A stretch of 64,000 nt of DNA from Macrostomum lignano (Eukaryota). Shown in pieces: positions 46,333-58,610 of the stretch (its first letter is position 1; each line of letters starts with the position of its first letter). A program made the translations under genes and the position numbers. The stretch spans positions 108,952-172,951 of the forward strand of contig NIVC01002192.1 in the NCBI GenBank assembly GCA_002269645.1, given 5' to 3'. The notes under the pieces are model-generated. The model saw nothing but the letters and a program-made list of their open reading frames with translations, was not told the DNA's origin and made no database searches.

Positions 46333-47159
46333 GCCAGCAGCGCGATCTGAGGGCCAGGTGAAGGCAGTAGTAGTTATGAGCAGTGGCACATTATGGTATC
46401 TGAAAGTAATTCATTGATTAACTTTGTTTTTTATTTTATTGCAAGATATCCAACAGTAACTTTTTAATTGCATTATAGTAAAACTACTGTGCTCTGCTAT
46501 ACAATGTGTAAAGCTAAACTATTGCAATTTGCCAATTTTCATCGTCTTATACTTAATTTTGATTTTTATAGGTAGAGATTTTAACAATTTTTCAATGTTT
46601 CGTCTTTACCAAAGAGTTACATGTTATTTTTCTACTATTTAAAAATGTTTAATATTGTTTCTAGTTTTATTGAGCCAAGAGCCAATAAGCATCTAGATAA
46701 CAGGTATCTAGGTATCTATGTAACAGATCTGTATATTATATTTTTATAGGAAAAGATATTATATTAGTCAAGTAAACTTGAGAAAATATGCATACTAGCA
46801 ATCTATTGCCTCCTTTTATAAGGTGCCCAAAAAGCAAGAGACAAAAATATTCATATGAATCCTATTTGACTTGACATCTTAGCAATTGCTTTATAAGCCT
46901 GCCCATCTTAGCAACTCTCTTTAATAAGCCTTGACATCTCAACAATTCCTGCAATAAGCCTTGAATCTTAGCAAAAATAGTAAGCACCCCTAGATAGCAA
47001 ATAGTCTATACAAAAATTTCCTTAGATCTATAGTTCTTTGTCACAATTTCTGATCAAATGGTACAACTTTGGAGAAAATGGTTGAACTATTTTTTTCTGA
47101 AATCAATCATAAACTGATATATAGACAAACTATTCAGTGTATAATTTAATATATAAGAT

Positions 47160-48100
47160 AATCATGGTAATAATTGATTACACTTGCCCAAATGGGCAGA
47201 TGTGCAACTGATGCACCAATTCATTATCTGAAACCAGTTGGTGAAGCATTGGGACCATTCACTTTGTCCTATGGTTGCCATGGCATCTTGATATGCTTGA
47301 ACAGCCTCCTCACTGGATGAAAATTGATGCCCCTTCAGCTGACTCTTGACTTTTGGGAACAAAAAAGTCACATGGGGCCAGGTCAGGTGAGTAGGTTGGG
47401 TGTGGTAGCAATTTTACTTCAGAATTGGTCAAGAAGTCAATAGTCAAAGCAGCCATGTGTGCCAGGGTGTTGTCATGGCGCCACAGAAGACCACGGACTC
47501 CAGTTCTAGGACATCATTTGGCCTATGCGTTGAGGACTTTGGTACACAGACATTGGTATACCAATGTGGTGTCACCATCTGCTGACTCTCGAGTGCTACT
47601 GTGGCCACATAGCCCATGAGCTGAAGAATGCTATGACCATCTTCTTTCCTGAACTCCTAGATCGGATGGCCTTCTGAGTGGCATCCTTATCAGGAAAGCA
47701 CCACTGTGATGATTGACACTTTGTCTTGGTTGGAAATTGTAAATCCATGTTTCACCACCTGTTAGAATATCAAAAACAGACTACTGGATGTGTCCACTGT
47801 TGAATTTGGTGGCAGTTTCTTGCGGCTAGAATTGTCTAATTGGGAGGGTTTTGTGTGTGGGTGGATTTTTGTGTGGAAACATTGGTGTTTCCGCTTGGAA
47901 TCAGCCAAAGAAACAGCCATATTTTGTAGCGGGTGTGTCCACTGTTGAATTTGATAAGCATGAACCAACACTAATCTACCTTGGAAGTCTTCTGGTCAGC
48001 AGTGAGGCAGTGGGGGATCCACTGGGACACCTCTTTTGCACTCAAAGGTGTTGGTATAGGATCTCATTAAGTTCCCCCAATCCAATCTCTAGGCTTGCCT
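47160..48100 (-). mobile_element. Decayed mariner (Tc1/mariner) transposase remnant
   Basis: Minus-strand LLPHPTYSPDLAPCDF...FPKVKSQLKGHQFSS, upstream WIYNFQP / RSRSSGKKMVIAFF and SQWIP (WVPxxL-like), with many stops and frameshifts. TIRs not identified. Confidence 0.82.
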
Positions 48101-50609
48101 CGAGCTAGCAGTAGGTGATTCAAGGATCCTCCAAGATAAGCTGCTCTGCCTCATTAATGTTTTGGTAGATAACTGCGGTTGCAAGCCTGCCACAATGGGG
48201 CTTATCTTGGAGGTGCTGCCGACTGTATCTGAATTCTGCATATTAATCAAAAACTATTGTCCACAATAGTGCAGTCTTGAAAACAGCTTTGAAGCCGATT
48301 TAGTGATTCTTGGGATAATAAACCCATTTTGTAGTCATAATAAATTATGGCTCTAAAATGCTCACAAGAGAGTTCCATGGCTACTGCATGTTCCTAAGTC
48401 GGGGTACAATAAAAAAATCCAAATAGCTCAAGGCAGCAAACTTGTCTATAGCTAAAATTGGAGGTATAAATTTAAAACATATTTTTATGCCAATAAATAA
48501 AATATTTAAACCCTAAAACAAGCCATCTTGCTCCATCTGGAAATTTTCAGAGCACCCTTCGCATTTACCCTTAATTATCTTAGCAAAAACTAATATCTAT
48601 TTTAGCTAGAAAAACTTCTAAAGCAATGAAAAGTTGTTAAGTATCTTGCTCAAGCAAGGATAAATTTTTTTCAAGTTTTGTTATATTTTCTATTTTTGCT
48701 CATTTTGTTATATTATAATAATAAGTAGAGCTAGGCTAGGCTAATGTATGATAAAAAACTCAGCTTAGTCACCAGGTTATAATTTTCCTATTAAAGGTTT
48801 GTATAGAATATGATTGTGATCAATAGGTTAACCTCAAACTACTCTTATCAATATTTTGGTTTTTTAATCTAAATTCCACCTTTTTTAGCTTTTAATCCTT
48901 CTAGGCTATTTTATGGACTTGTCATATTTAGCTTCAGCCTAATCTATCTAACTTTTGTATTCTTATATATGTTCTTTTAAATGCTGCATTTATACTAGTT
49001 AGCCCCAGCCTTTATTCTGCTTTTCCCTATTATCCACACTCTCTTAATGCTATATACTATTTCCCTATACTCTTCACACATTGCAAGTCAACAGTGAGGC
49101 ATTGACTGACTCACATTGTTATTAGGCCTAGTAGTAATTGTAATTCTATTAACATGTCGTAAGTGCACTTATAATATTTATTGAAGCTTCTTCAAGTTTA
49201 TGTTGATAAAATACTTCCCTATAGAGTTCTACACCCCTATAGAGACAAAATTATGATCCTATCAAAATTGAAACTATTTTATCAACATAAACTTGAAGAA
49301 GTCCATTTATTGTTATCTCTTATTAGGCCTACTGCTAAAAGCCATCAAAATCATTTGAAAATGCTCAAAGAACCTAAACTCAGAGCTGAAGTGAAGAAAG
49401 ATCAAGTCAAGATTGGATTCATCTTCAAATCCAAAGCCGAAGTTGACTGGTTTAATTGCAGCTGTGATACATTTAGCTAGGCTAGAGAAAAAACACAAAG
49501 GTAAAATTGCTAAAACTTTTCTGCTGACGAAATTTTAAATGGACAAACATTTGAATGGGCAAAAAGCCTGAGTGGGGCTGTCAATCTAGCTAAACGATGA
49601 CAATGTAAGTTGTTTTTTGCCGCCTTTTGGTTTCTTAGAAAATGAGCCTGCATGACGCCGCATCAGTTTTAAACCCCAGCTATTACTGTTAAACAAGTTT
49701 AACTGACCATTCTTAGGCTTTAGGGAGAACATAAAACTTTCTTACTTATTTCTTTAAGCTAGCATATTTTACTTTCCAATAAAACTTTTTGTAGATATAA
49801 CATAGTAAGAGCCGCTGCATTAAAATAACAAATCCGGCATGAAAAACTTAAGCCTAGATGGCTGAGCTAATCTGTAGAAAGAGAATGCATTTACATACAT
49901 ATATACCCACATGGATTTGCATGGGCGTCTCTAGAACATTTTCGAAAATGGCTGACAATAGAGAGAAATAAAAAATAAAGGTAAATTAGGCGACCAAGGT
50001 TAGATTTGATTGACAACCGTTTGCATGGGTTATGGATGTCGCGAAGAAAGTGTACAATCACGCTTCCTTTTAAACTTTTAAACTTCTAGACCTTTCAACT
50101 TTTATATTTCGATTTGTGTGTGGTAGGAATACAGCAATGTTAAGACTGTCGGCAGAGCAGCAGTTGCATATCCACTCAGTCACGGCCCAAGGGGGCATAA
50201 GGCCACGTCACTGTCACGAACGTCTATTCAGCTATGAATCAAGGACACTGTATATAGTTATATACAGGCTCCTTGCTATGAATCCGCTAAAAAAGAAAAT
50301 TTTACAAAGAGATTTTTCGAGAGGAGATTGAACACCAACTTTTCTTAGTTTTACATGTAACTTGCTGTCTCTTCTCTTCTGGTTTTAGGCTTTTAGCTAG
50401 CTGTCTCTTCAGATACAGCTCTCTTCTAGTAATCTGAAAATTGTATTTTTAACACGCATGTGATTTTATTTAAACTTTTTTTCCAAAAAATGAAAGGTCC
50501 CGTTTATGTTTAGTTATAGTGTCCTACAATATTTCGAATATTCAGGGTGAATATTTCAACTGTTCAGGGTTAAGTGTCTTGGTTGCCTCACAATGCAATT
50601 CTTTTTGCT

Positions 50610-52132
50610 TCACTCGCACGAGTTTCCCACTGGGTCGAACAGCCGGATGACCACCAGGCCGTGCTGGCCGGCGTTGCCGCCAGTGGTGCCGCTGCAGCCG
50701 CTGCCGGAGCAGAAGGAGCCGCCGCCGCCTCCTGGAGGGCCCCCCGAGAAGCTGGTGGCACCTCCGCTGAAGCCGCCGCCGGCCCCGGCAACGCCCCAGT
50801 TGGGGTTCATCGTGCCGCCGCCTCCGCCGCCGCCGAACCCGCCGTCGCCGGTGTTGGAGCCGCCAGCGTCGCCGCCCAGCCAGCCCTCGGCCCGACTGCC
50901 GCCTCCGTCACCGTCGTCCGGTCCCCGCCTGGTGCACACCGGCTTCCCCAGCCAGCCGGCGCCACAGCCAGCGAGGTTCTGGTTGCCGGTCATGGCGCTG
51001 GAGTCGTGGAAGCCCGGCTGTCCGTTGCTGCCGCCGTGGCTGTTTCCGCTCGGATTCGCGACGGAGCCGTTGACGCCGGCCTCTCCGGGCAGGCCTGTTG
51101 AAATTTTGGATGCGGCTTTTACCGGCTGCGTAGCAATCTGAGATAAGCTCAAGCTGAGTGTACTCAAAGTGGAGTCCGTTTGAAGTTGGGGTATTGTCAG
51201 AAATCTGAAGCTGGTGCTGTGTTCCCTATAGACCTATGTAATTTTACTGCACTCACCATCCCTATGATAGGTCCCGGCACCTCCACCTCCGGCTGCAGCC
51301 AGCAGCAGCTCGTCTGCCGTCTGGTACACGAAGCTGCCGCCGCTTCCGCCGCCTCCGCTGTACTTGGAGCTGGGAGGACCGCCGGCCTGTCCGACCACGA
51401 CGCTCAGCTGGGTGCCGGCCGTCAGGTTGAAGGCGCCGGACACGAAGGCGCCGCTGCCGCCAGCCTTGCCTGAGAAGGAGTTGGTGCCGCCTCTGGCGCC
51501 CGACACTTCGATCCGGTAGCAGCCGGTCGAGGGGATCGTCACGGACTGGATGGAGCCGGCACTGCCCGTGCCGCTGTCTGCAGTGAAAGAGGGCGCTGCA
51601 GATCAGATGTCAAGGTGCAGCAAATGCTCGAAGCACAGAAAATTTGAAAACATTGGCTTTTCCTCACTTCTGAGCTCAATGGTGACGTTCAGCATCCTCT
51701 TCCTCATTAGCATCAGCTCCGTGAAGTTCTCGGCCGTCCACAGCCTGGCGCCGGGCTCGGAGCCCACGAGTCTCTGCAAGTGAGTCCCGGCCGGTCCCGG
51801 CGCCTGAGACGCGTCGTTCAGCAGCAGCAGCTGGCAGACGCGCGAGCTGGGAATGAGCGAAGCCAGCAGGCAGCCACTTGACGCCGGTCAGGTTGACGAG
51901 TTCGCTGCTGGAGGCGTTGCCGATCAGGACGGGCTCGGGGGCCAAGGTAAAACGGCCGGAACAGTCCGGACGCGAGCCTGTGAGAGTTCAATTGGGAAAG
52001 CATCGCATGCATAAGTCAAACCCACGCAAGGGTTTTAATCCAGCTCCAAGATTTACCTGACACAGCAGCGGAGCAGCAGCAAAGCATGAGGGCTATGTAG
52101 CAGATTAACAGCATCTCCAGCTGTCTCGGCAT
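50610..52132 (-). CDS. Secreted protein with a Cys-containing (PAN-like?) N-terminal module and an ALK/LTK-type glycine-rich domain; one frameshift in exon 2
   Basis: Signal peptide MPRQLEMLLICYIALMLCCCSAAVS (52132-52057); exon 2 51977-51668 (310 nt, phase mismatch); exon 3 51577-51257 (TIPSTGCYRIEVSGARGG...FNLTAGTQLSVVVGQAGG...GGGGSGGSFVY...LLLAAAGGGG); exon 4 51094-50610. No TM or kinase. Confidence 0.75.
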
Positions 52133-52739
52133 GCTCTCTGCTAATCGCGGGGCTTATTCAAGCTTTAGTCTATAACAAACTGTCAAATGTGTCTGTGAGT
52201 GCACGGCCGGCGCCCACTCGGAATCAGAAATAGCGATAGAAATAGAGGCAGAAGTTTGACAATTTTGCACTGAGCTGTTTTTCCCCGTTGCCTGGAAACT
52301 GCCAACAGAATTGAGGGTTTAGCAGTCTTCTATTGGCTAAGCAGGGGGCGGCAGCATTCCGGTTTGAGACTCCTCATCGCGGGCTCATCAGCCCACGCAG
52401 GAATTGTCAGGATTCCAATGCGAATACCTAAATGTGAGCACAAAGCAAGTAGGCTTAAGAAAAGTCTGTATGCGCGCGAGTAAAGTGCACCCGTGCACCA
52501 ATTGAAAGTTTGAAGCTCGCACCCCGTCCAGCAGCTGGGTTGGGCGATTTGATCACTATTAGATCACCAGCTAGATTTCAGCAGATCCCACTGGAGCTCC
52601 TCACCCTGTCGTGTTGGCTAAGTAGACAAAAGCTTTTACAAGATTGCTTGAACCCCAATTCATTCTATCTGTTTAAACCAAAATGGCATCAGCCCCGAAA
52701 GCCTGCAATCCAAGCTAAGATATGAGCATCCGCTTTGAG

Positions 52740-53310
52740 CATCAGCAACTTCCCCTTGAGCACTAGAATCTCAGAAACTTCCCCTTGAGCACTGAATCTC
52801 AGCAACTTCCCCTTGAGCACTAGAATCTCAGAAACTTCCCTTGAGCATTGGAATCTCAGCAAACTTCCCCTTGAGCACTAGAATCTCAGAAACTTCCCTT
52901 GAGCACTGGAATCTCAGAAACTTCCCTTGAGCACTAGAATCTCAGAAACTTCCCTTGAGCACTAGAATCTCAGAAACTTCCCTTGAGCACTGGAATCTCA
53001 GAAACTTCCTTGAGCACTGAAATCTCAGAAACTTCCGCTTGAGCACTGAATCTCAGAAACTTCCCTTGAGCACTGGAATCTCAGAAACTTCCATTGAGCA
53101 CTAGAATCTCAGAAACTTCCCTTGAGCACTGGAATCTCAGAAACTTCCCTTGAGCGCACTAGAATCTCAGAAACTTCCCTTGAGGGCACTGGGAAAATCT
53201 CAGAAAAGCTTCCCTTGAGCGCACTGGAATCTCAGAAACTTCGCTTGAGCACTGAATCTCAGAAACTTCCGCCCTTGAGCACTGGCATCTCAGCAACCGC
53301 CCCCTTGAGC
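52740..53310. repeat. ~28-30 bp tandem array (CTTCCCTTGAGCACTAGAATCTCAGAAA) abutting the Maverick
   Basis: About 18 copies, degenerating toward 53310. Confidence 0.9.
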
Positions 53311-54885
53311 CCCCCCCCCTGAGCGAAGACTTTTATGGGCGCGAATTTTTTCGGCGTACGGGCGGATCGCGGACCGAAATGAATGAAAAGCGGTTTTCCT
53401 TATTCCCTCCGCCACTTTGACAAAGGCGGCGGGTATTGGCATTACAAGAGCGTCCGCTAAAGTGGGTGGCAGCCGCATATCAAATGTGAAATCTATAAGA
53501 AGTGGGTTGTCTAATGTACGCTGTAATATTAAGACATATAAGGCGCGCACATTTGGCAGGTTGAATGAAACATGCCCCAGTAAAAATTTAATTCACTATA
53601 CGGAAACTAAAAAGAGAATGAAATCTATAAGAAGTGGTTGTCTAATGTACGCTGTATATTAGACATATAACGCCGCACATTTGGCAGGTTGAATGAAACA
53701 TGCCGTAAAATTTAATTCACTATACGGACTAAAAGAGAATATAAGGGATCTATGAAAAAGCACATACCATTGTACATTGTCTTATGATACAAAAACATAC
53801 GGGTACAAATGTACGTTTGAATGTCCAGTTAGTCATTGTAAACTGTTTAACTGAGTCTAAAGCTGTCTTTGTGTACACAAAAGGCAGAGCTGAGGCAGTG
53901 AGACATGTTTTCATGAGTTCAAGTTCCCTAGCTGCTTTTTCTCAGCTCTTAGTCTTTACTCGTGCAAAGGTCAAATACTTTTCCGAATGCCGTGCGGACA
54001 CGCCTGCCGGCCATGTCAGCCCAATAAATATCTTCTTGACTGCTGCGACTTCAGCTGTGTGTCCAGTTGCGACAATTCCAATCAGACAACATCGAAGGCG
54101 CGCTTCATCTGGATTCGGCAGCTCAGTTGCGCCAGCTGTCTGAGAGCGACAGGAAAACCAGAGCTGTTTCCCTGATTAAGTACTCCGCTATTCCTGTCAC
54201 CGACATCGAGCTGGTGCTGCCGAATAATAACAGTTCGACGAAGAGGACCTGCGGTAACTGGCAGATAAATTCGAAGTCTAAAGCACAGCGTGTCTGAAGG
54301 ACAATTTCTGAAGGACATCAGGGGTTGGAAACATTTTTTATCTTAAGGCTAGATGAAGAATCCAGTTCAGGCCGTGCGCCATGTGTGAGTGGAAAGGAGA
54401 GAGAATAGAAGCTGAGAGGCGAGAGTAGAAGGCATGAGGGGGCTTTTGGGACAAAATTTTTCACGTCCTCCATAATCCCATTAAATCCATCCATATTATC
54501 CCCGACAGAATCAGAAAAAAAGGGGGGTCGCACTCGCTCACAAAACGTCCTCCATAATCCCATTAAATCCATCCATATTATCCTTGACAGAATCATGAAA
54601 AAGGGGAGGGGCCGCACTTGCTCCGAAAACTTCGAACATAATCCCATTAAATCCATCCATATTATCCCTGACAGAATCAGAGCAGGTGTCCACTGATACC
54701 TGTTATGCTCACTGACACAGACATAATCCACTGACATCCACCCATAGCATCTTCGAAACAATAAGAAAATAATCTGCACTCTTCTCCCCACATTCAATCC
54801 GAAGCGGCGAAACCAGATCCCAAAGACTTTAAATCATCAGCGCAGGGTCCTTACCCTTTGAAAAAAAATTAATTTCTCAATAAAA

Positions 54886-55125
54886 ATGTTTCCAGTTGTC
54901 TCTCCAGGTTCCTATTATACTCAGCCTCATCCATTGTACAAATCCAAGTACCAATGCAAACTAGAATGCAGCGAATACATGAGAAAATATTGTCCCGGCA
55001 TTGATATCAATGTCCCTAATATTAATCAAGCACTTAAATCTCACTGGTTTCATAAGTATGGAGTAACCTACGTAAAAGATTACGACAGCTACTATAACTT
55101 TGCTGAAGTTATAAGGCAGTTGTAG
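54886..55125 (+). CDS. Maverick small hypothetical protein (79 aa)
   Basis: Intact ORF preceded by the same CAATAAAA-ATG motif as the capsid genes. Confidence 0.55.
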   Translation: MFPVVSPGSYYTQPHPLYKSKYQCKLECSEYMRKYCPGIDINVPNINQALKSHWFHKYGVTYVKDYDSYYNFAEVIRQL

Positions 55126-55186
55126 TAGACAACTACAAGGTTGTACCTGGCGGCTTATATCCTAATTTTACAAGTCTGAAGACGAC

Positions 55187-56044
55187 TCACATTCTCTCAA
55201 TAATAATTGTTAACACAAACTCTTCCCCGTTAAAATCGACACCAACTCCATCCTCTGTTTCAAACAGCAGAACGATTTCATGTATCTCCCTATTACTCAG
55301 AATCACTCTTTTCACAGGGTTTGGCTTTTGCACAAGCATTTTGCCACCAGCAACAGAGTTTGAAATGTTAAAAAGTATGTTGGTTCGTTTGCCTTTGAAT
55401 ATCCAATCATGGCTCAGATTGCTACGAATTAATATATTCAAACCTTTGACAATGTCAGCGATATTTGGCGCCAAGTACATACCGGATATTAGCCGGGACA
55501 CAGCAACAGTGCCAGGCGCCTGCAGCGGGCTTTGGTCTGTGGCGCCACCATAAACTCTCTTTTCAAATCCCAACTCGCGATACCAAGTGCCATCTTTAAA
55601 CTCTACCTCTGCGTCCTTATGAACTTGCAAGATAACTCTCATGACAGTTAGATCATAAGTTAATCTAACAGGGAACAGTTTATTTTCTGGTTTGCTTTCA
55701 TCCGGTATCTCAAAATGCTTTCGTTTAGTGAAGACATTCTCCAAGAAGTAATTATAAGTATCCACGCTCTGTGTGCTGACAGGAAATATCACAACCTCTG
55801 TTGTAGTACGCTTCCATTTGTAATAAAACTTGTTATTTTCCGTTGTCACATTGGGAACATTTGACCACCCAGTGAAATCATTGAGATAGACGTGGTAATT
55901 CGCCTCGGGATCCAAACGAAGTGGTTGCTCCAATTTTTGAATGAAGATTCCGTTTGACTCAGTAATGCGACCCGCTACAGTGATTGGAATGCTCTCCTTA
56001 GAGTGTGAAACAATGTTGTTCAGTCTTTCGGCTATGGCTTCCAT
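55187..56044 (-). CDS. Putative minor capsid protein (penton-like, single jelly roll)
   Basis: 285 aa, beta-rich; C-terminal IRSNL...NILFNI...KPNP...EIVLLFETEDGVGVDFNGEEFVLTIII resembles Polinton minor capsid proteins; adjacent to the MCP. Confidence 0.7.
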   Translation of the reverse strand: MEAIAERLNNIVSHSKESIPITVAGRITESNGIFIQKLEQPLRLDPEANYHVYLNDFTGWSNVPNVTTENNKFYYKWKRTTTEVVIFPVSTQSVDTYNYFLENVFTKRKHFEIPDESKPENKLFPVRLTYDLTVMRVILQVHKDAEVEFKDGTWYRELGFEKRVYGGATDQSPLQAPGTVAVSRLISGMYLAPNIADIVKGLNILIRSNLSHDWIFKGKRTNILFNISNSVAGGKMLVQKPNPVKRVILSNREIHEIVLLFETEDGVGVDFNGEEFVLTIIIERM

Positions 56045-56065
56045 TTTTTTATTGAAAAAAATTAT

Positions 56066-57361
56066 TCAAACTTTACTAGACGAGTTATTGATCATATTGA
56101 CCTTGATCTTCCTCTCAAATGCATAGATAATAAACAGATCAACAGCCGTTGCGGCACCAAATTCTTTCCGCTCGATATTAGTCACAATGTTAACAGGGCT
56201 ATTGTCTGTAGGCATTTGTCTAGCAGTCACATCAACACCAAATATTGGATATAGTTTTTTATACTGCAAGGTTGTCAAAACAATACCGTTATTCTCTTTG
56301 ACAGCCAAGTCCGACAGTTCATTGTAAAACTTACTAATCTTGTTCTCCGAGAAATTCCCATTTTGTGGCAATGCAGGGTATAAATTGTCACTGATCTCAT
56401 GTTGAATCGATCGAATGTTTCCATGTAGATATCTACCTACATTAGTTGTATTCCTCATAGTGACAATAATGTACCTTGGATTGCTACAGGAGCCTTCTTT
56501 AATGCAAATATTGTGTCTTGCGTCATTCCGCTCATCTCTGCACATATAAGCTGTATAAGCAACATCAATGTCTTTCTCAATCGCCTTCAAGTATTCAGCT
56601 TTGAGTGCAGTCTTTGGCTCAATAATTTCTAAGTACAGCTCCGCGCTAGTTAGCTTAATCTCCATCGATGTATGATTGGCCCCCGACCAAATTCCTCTGT
56701 TCCGATCATCTCTAGTCAGTCTAAATGTGTAGCTAAAGTTGCTTGTCAACCGATTGAAACTATTACAGAAACCACTCATAAACCTCAAAGGTACAAAAAT
56801 ATCTACAGACCTAAACAGCGGATTCTTAGCAGCATCGTTCTCACCAGCAAGAGCATAGTTGTATCTCTCCTTTCTCTTTTTGTAACCAGGGTCATTCTCA
56901 TCTCCTGTCTGTTCATTGGGGATGAATCCAGCACCGCTCCCCATCTGAATAAAATCCGGGTTCTCAATCAAGCACTGGGTATCATAGACCACACCAAAGT
57001 TTGCTATTCTTTCCAACTCTGTACTTCCATTGGACACATTAAACTCTTTGAACATATAAGCCCAGAAATTACTGGTTAGTGCGACATCCGCATTGTGTAG
57101 ATCATCATTAGCATGAGCGGCGTCTGCGCCTCCTTTAGTTTTGAATTGAAACGTCATATAGAAGCCGCTCCTTAGACTGTGGACACTGACCAAAGACGAA
57201 CATCCATTGTATGTAAATGTCAGTGTTTGGCCAGGACCAAGATTAGTTTCATTCTGATTTTCCTGACTGGGAACTCTTACCTGAGTCGCTTTGATTGTGC
57301 TATCATCACTCAAAATAGGCTTGTTAATTTTGTAGAAAACTGGTGTCAGTGGGTCGTTCAT
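56066..57361 (-). CDS. Putative major capsid protein (double jelly roll)
   Basis: 431-aa intact ORF of MCP size, beta-strand pattern (IKLTSAELYLEII, RYIIVTM, LYPIFGVDVT, LFIIYAFERKIKV), in the virion module. Fold inferred, not computed. Confidence 0.72.
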   Translation of the reverse strand: MNDPLTPVFYKINKPILSDDSTIKATQVRVPSQENQNETNLGPGQTLTFTYNGCSSLVSVHSLRSGFYMTFQFKTKGGADAAHANDDLHNADVALTSNFWAYMFKEFNVSNGSTELERIANFGVVYDTQCLIENPDFIQMGSGAGFIPNEQTGDENDPGYKKRKERYNYALAGENDAAKNPLFRSVDIFVPLRFMSGFCNSFNRLTSNFSYTFRLTRDDRNRGIWSGANHTSMEIKLTSAELYLEIIEPKTALKAEYLKAIEKDIDVAYTAYMCRDERNDARHNICIKEGSCSNPRYIIVTMRNTTNVGRYLHGNIRSIQHEISDNLYPALPQNGNFSENKISKFYNELSDLAVKENNGIVLTTLQYKKLYPIFGVDVTARQMPTDNSPVNIVTNIERKEFGAATAVDLFIIYAFERKIKVNMINNSSSKV

Positions 57362-57391
57362 TTTTTTAACTAAAATAAAATAAAATAAGAA

Positions 57392-58594
57392 ATGAAGCGA
57401 AAAAGTACACAGCAGATATCTGAATTGGAGAAGCTAGCACAAGCAGAAAACGAGTTACCGGGCTAATAAATAAGGAGCAACAATCCTACAATGAGTTTGT
57501 CCAAGCAGCCACCGAATTTCACAAACCCGGATACACAGAAGCGAAGAAAAACCTCGACACTGTGAAGGAAGCAGTTGATGATATTCAAGAGAGCCACTTG
57601 CAAAATACATTGGGTAAAATCCCATCTTCACCGGGACAACCACAGGCTCAGGAACCAGGACAACCAGTGCAGATGAAAGTGACGGATAACTTTTTTGGCC
57701 CCGTATTGGATGATGGAAAATATATTTTTGGAATAAGCGCCTGGCGAAAAAATATTACCGGGGAACCGGCGGATTACAACATTGAAGTGACAAAGGAAAA
57801 TATTTTAATCAATAAAGGCGCAGAAACTAAACGAATCCCCTTCACTCAAAGTTTACTCGACTACATGACTAAAAATCTAGAGAAAACGTCTAAAAAGCAG
57901 TTCGAAAATTACAAAGATCTTGTTACCTTCGCTTTAGAGAGGGATATAGATATGCTCAAGAACGACGGTGTTTTGAAAATTTTACATGAAAACGGGATTG
58001 TCTTGAACAGGTTTAAAAAATACAAATACTTTCAACAATGGTTTGGTTTGCCGGATCAAGAAGAGGTCATAAGACAACAACCACAACAACACAGCCACAA
58101 CAGCAGCAACCAAAACAACAACTAACAACAACACAACAACCACAACAGCAACCACAAACACACACCACAACCACAACAACCTCCACCGCCACAGCAACAA
58201 ATCACACCCGAACAAGTACTAGAAGCGCTTGAAAAAGCAGGGCAAATGAGATTTCCCAGTACAAAGATACAAACCCTGATACTTGGCGACAATTAGAGCG
58301 GCTCTCCCAGAACGAATGAAGCGAATCAATGACAGAGTATTCACACCTCAACAAAGACAAGCGCCACATGACAGTTCCTCCTCTGACCAATCATTCGAAT
58401 CACCTCCAAGCTCTTCCGGAAAAGGCATGCCTGAATTCTACAAGCGGTTAGCTGTTCTTCTAGGAGCGGCAAAGACCGGAATGAAAGACGAGAATAGAAA
58501 AGAATTTGTCAACATCCTGGACAAAATGCTTGAGAGAAAATATATCGATAAAAGAGCAAGAGAACTTTTGCTTTCACGGTTTAACAAAAAATAA
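57392..58594 (+). CDS. Maverick hypothetical protein, frameshifted, with a Gln-rich stretch and C-terminal RLAVLLGAAKTG...EFVNILDKML
   Basis: Consecutive ORF fragments 57562-58125 and 58283-58594; the C-terminal motif resembles a commonly conserved Maverick ORF. Confidence 0.5.
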
Positions 58595-58610
58595 ATTTCT
58601 ATTTAAAAAG

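Noticed and set aside
50240-50275. Hairpin CTGTATA-TAGTTA-TATACAG as a Helitron 3' end or terminator
   Set aside because: It is an isolated short stem with no CTRR terminus or supporting element.
48300-50500. AT-rich block with short ORFs (e.g. 49181-49480)
   Set aside because: No recognisable domains or splice structure; probably decayed repeat or intergenic DNA.
54150-54200. GVLNQGNSSGF resembling a USP deubiquitinase Cys box in the Maverick
   Set aside because: The catalytic Cys is absent, no His box was found, and the frame is fragmented.
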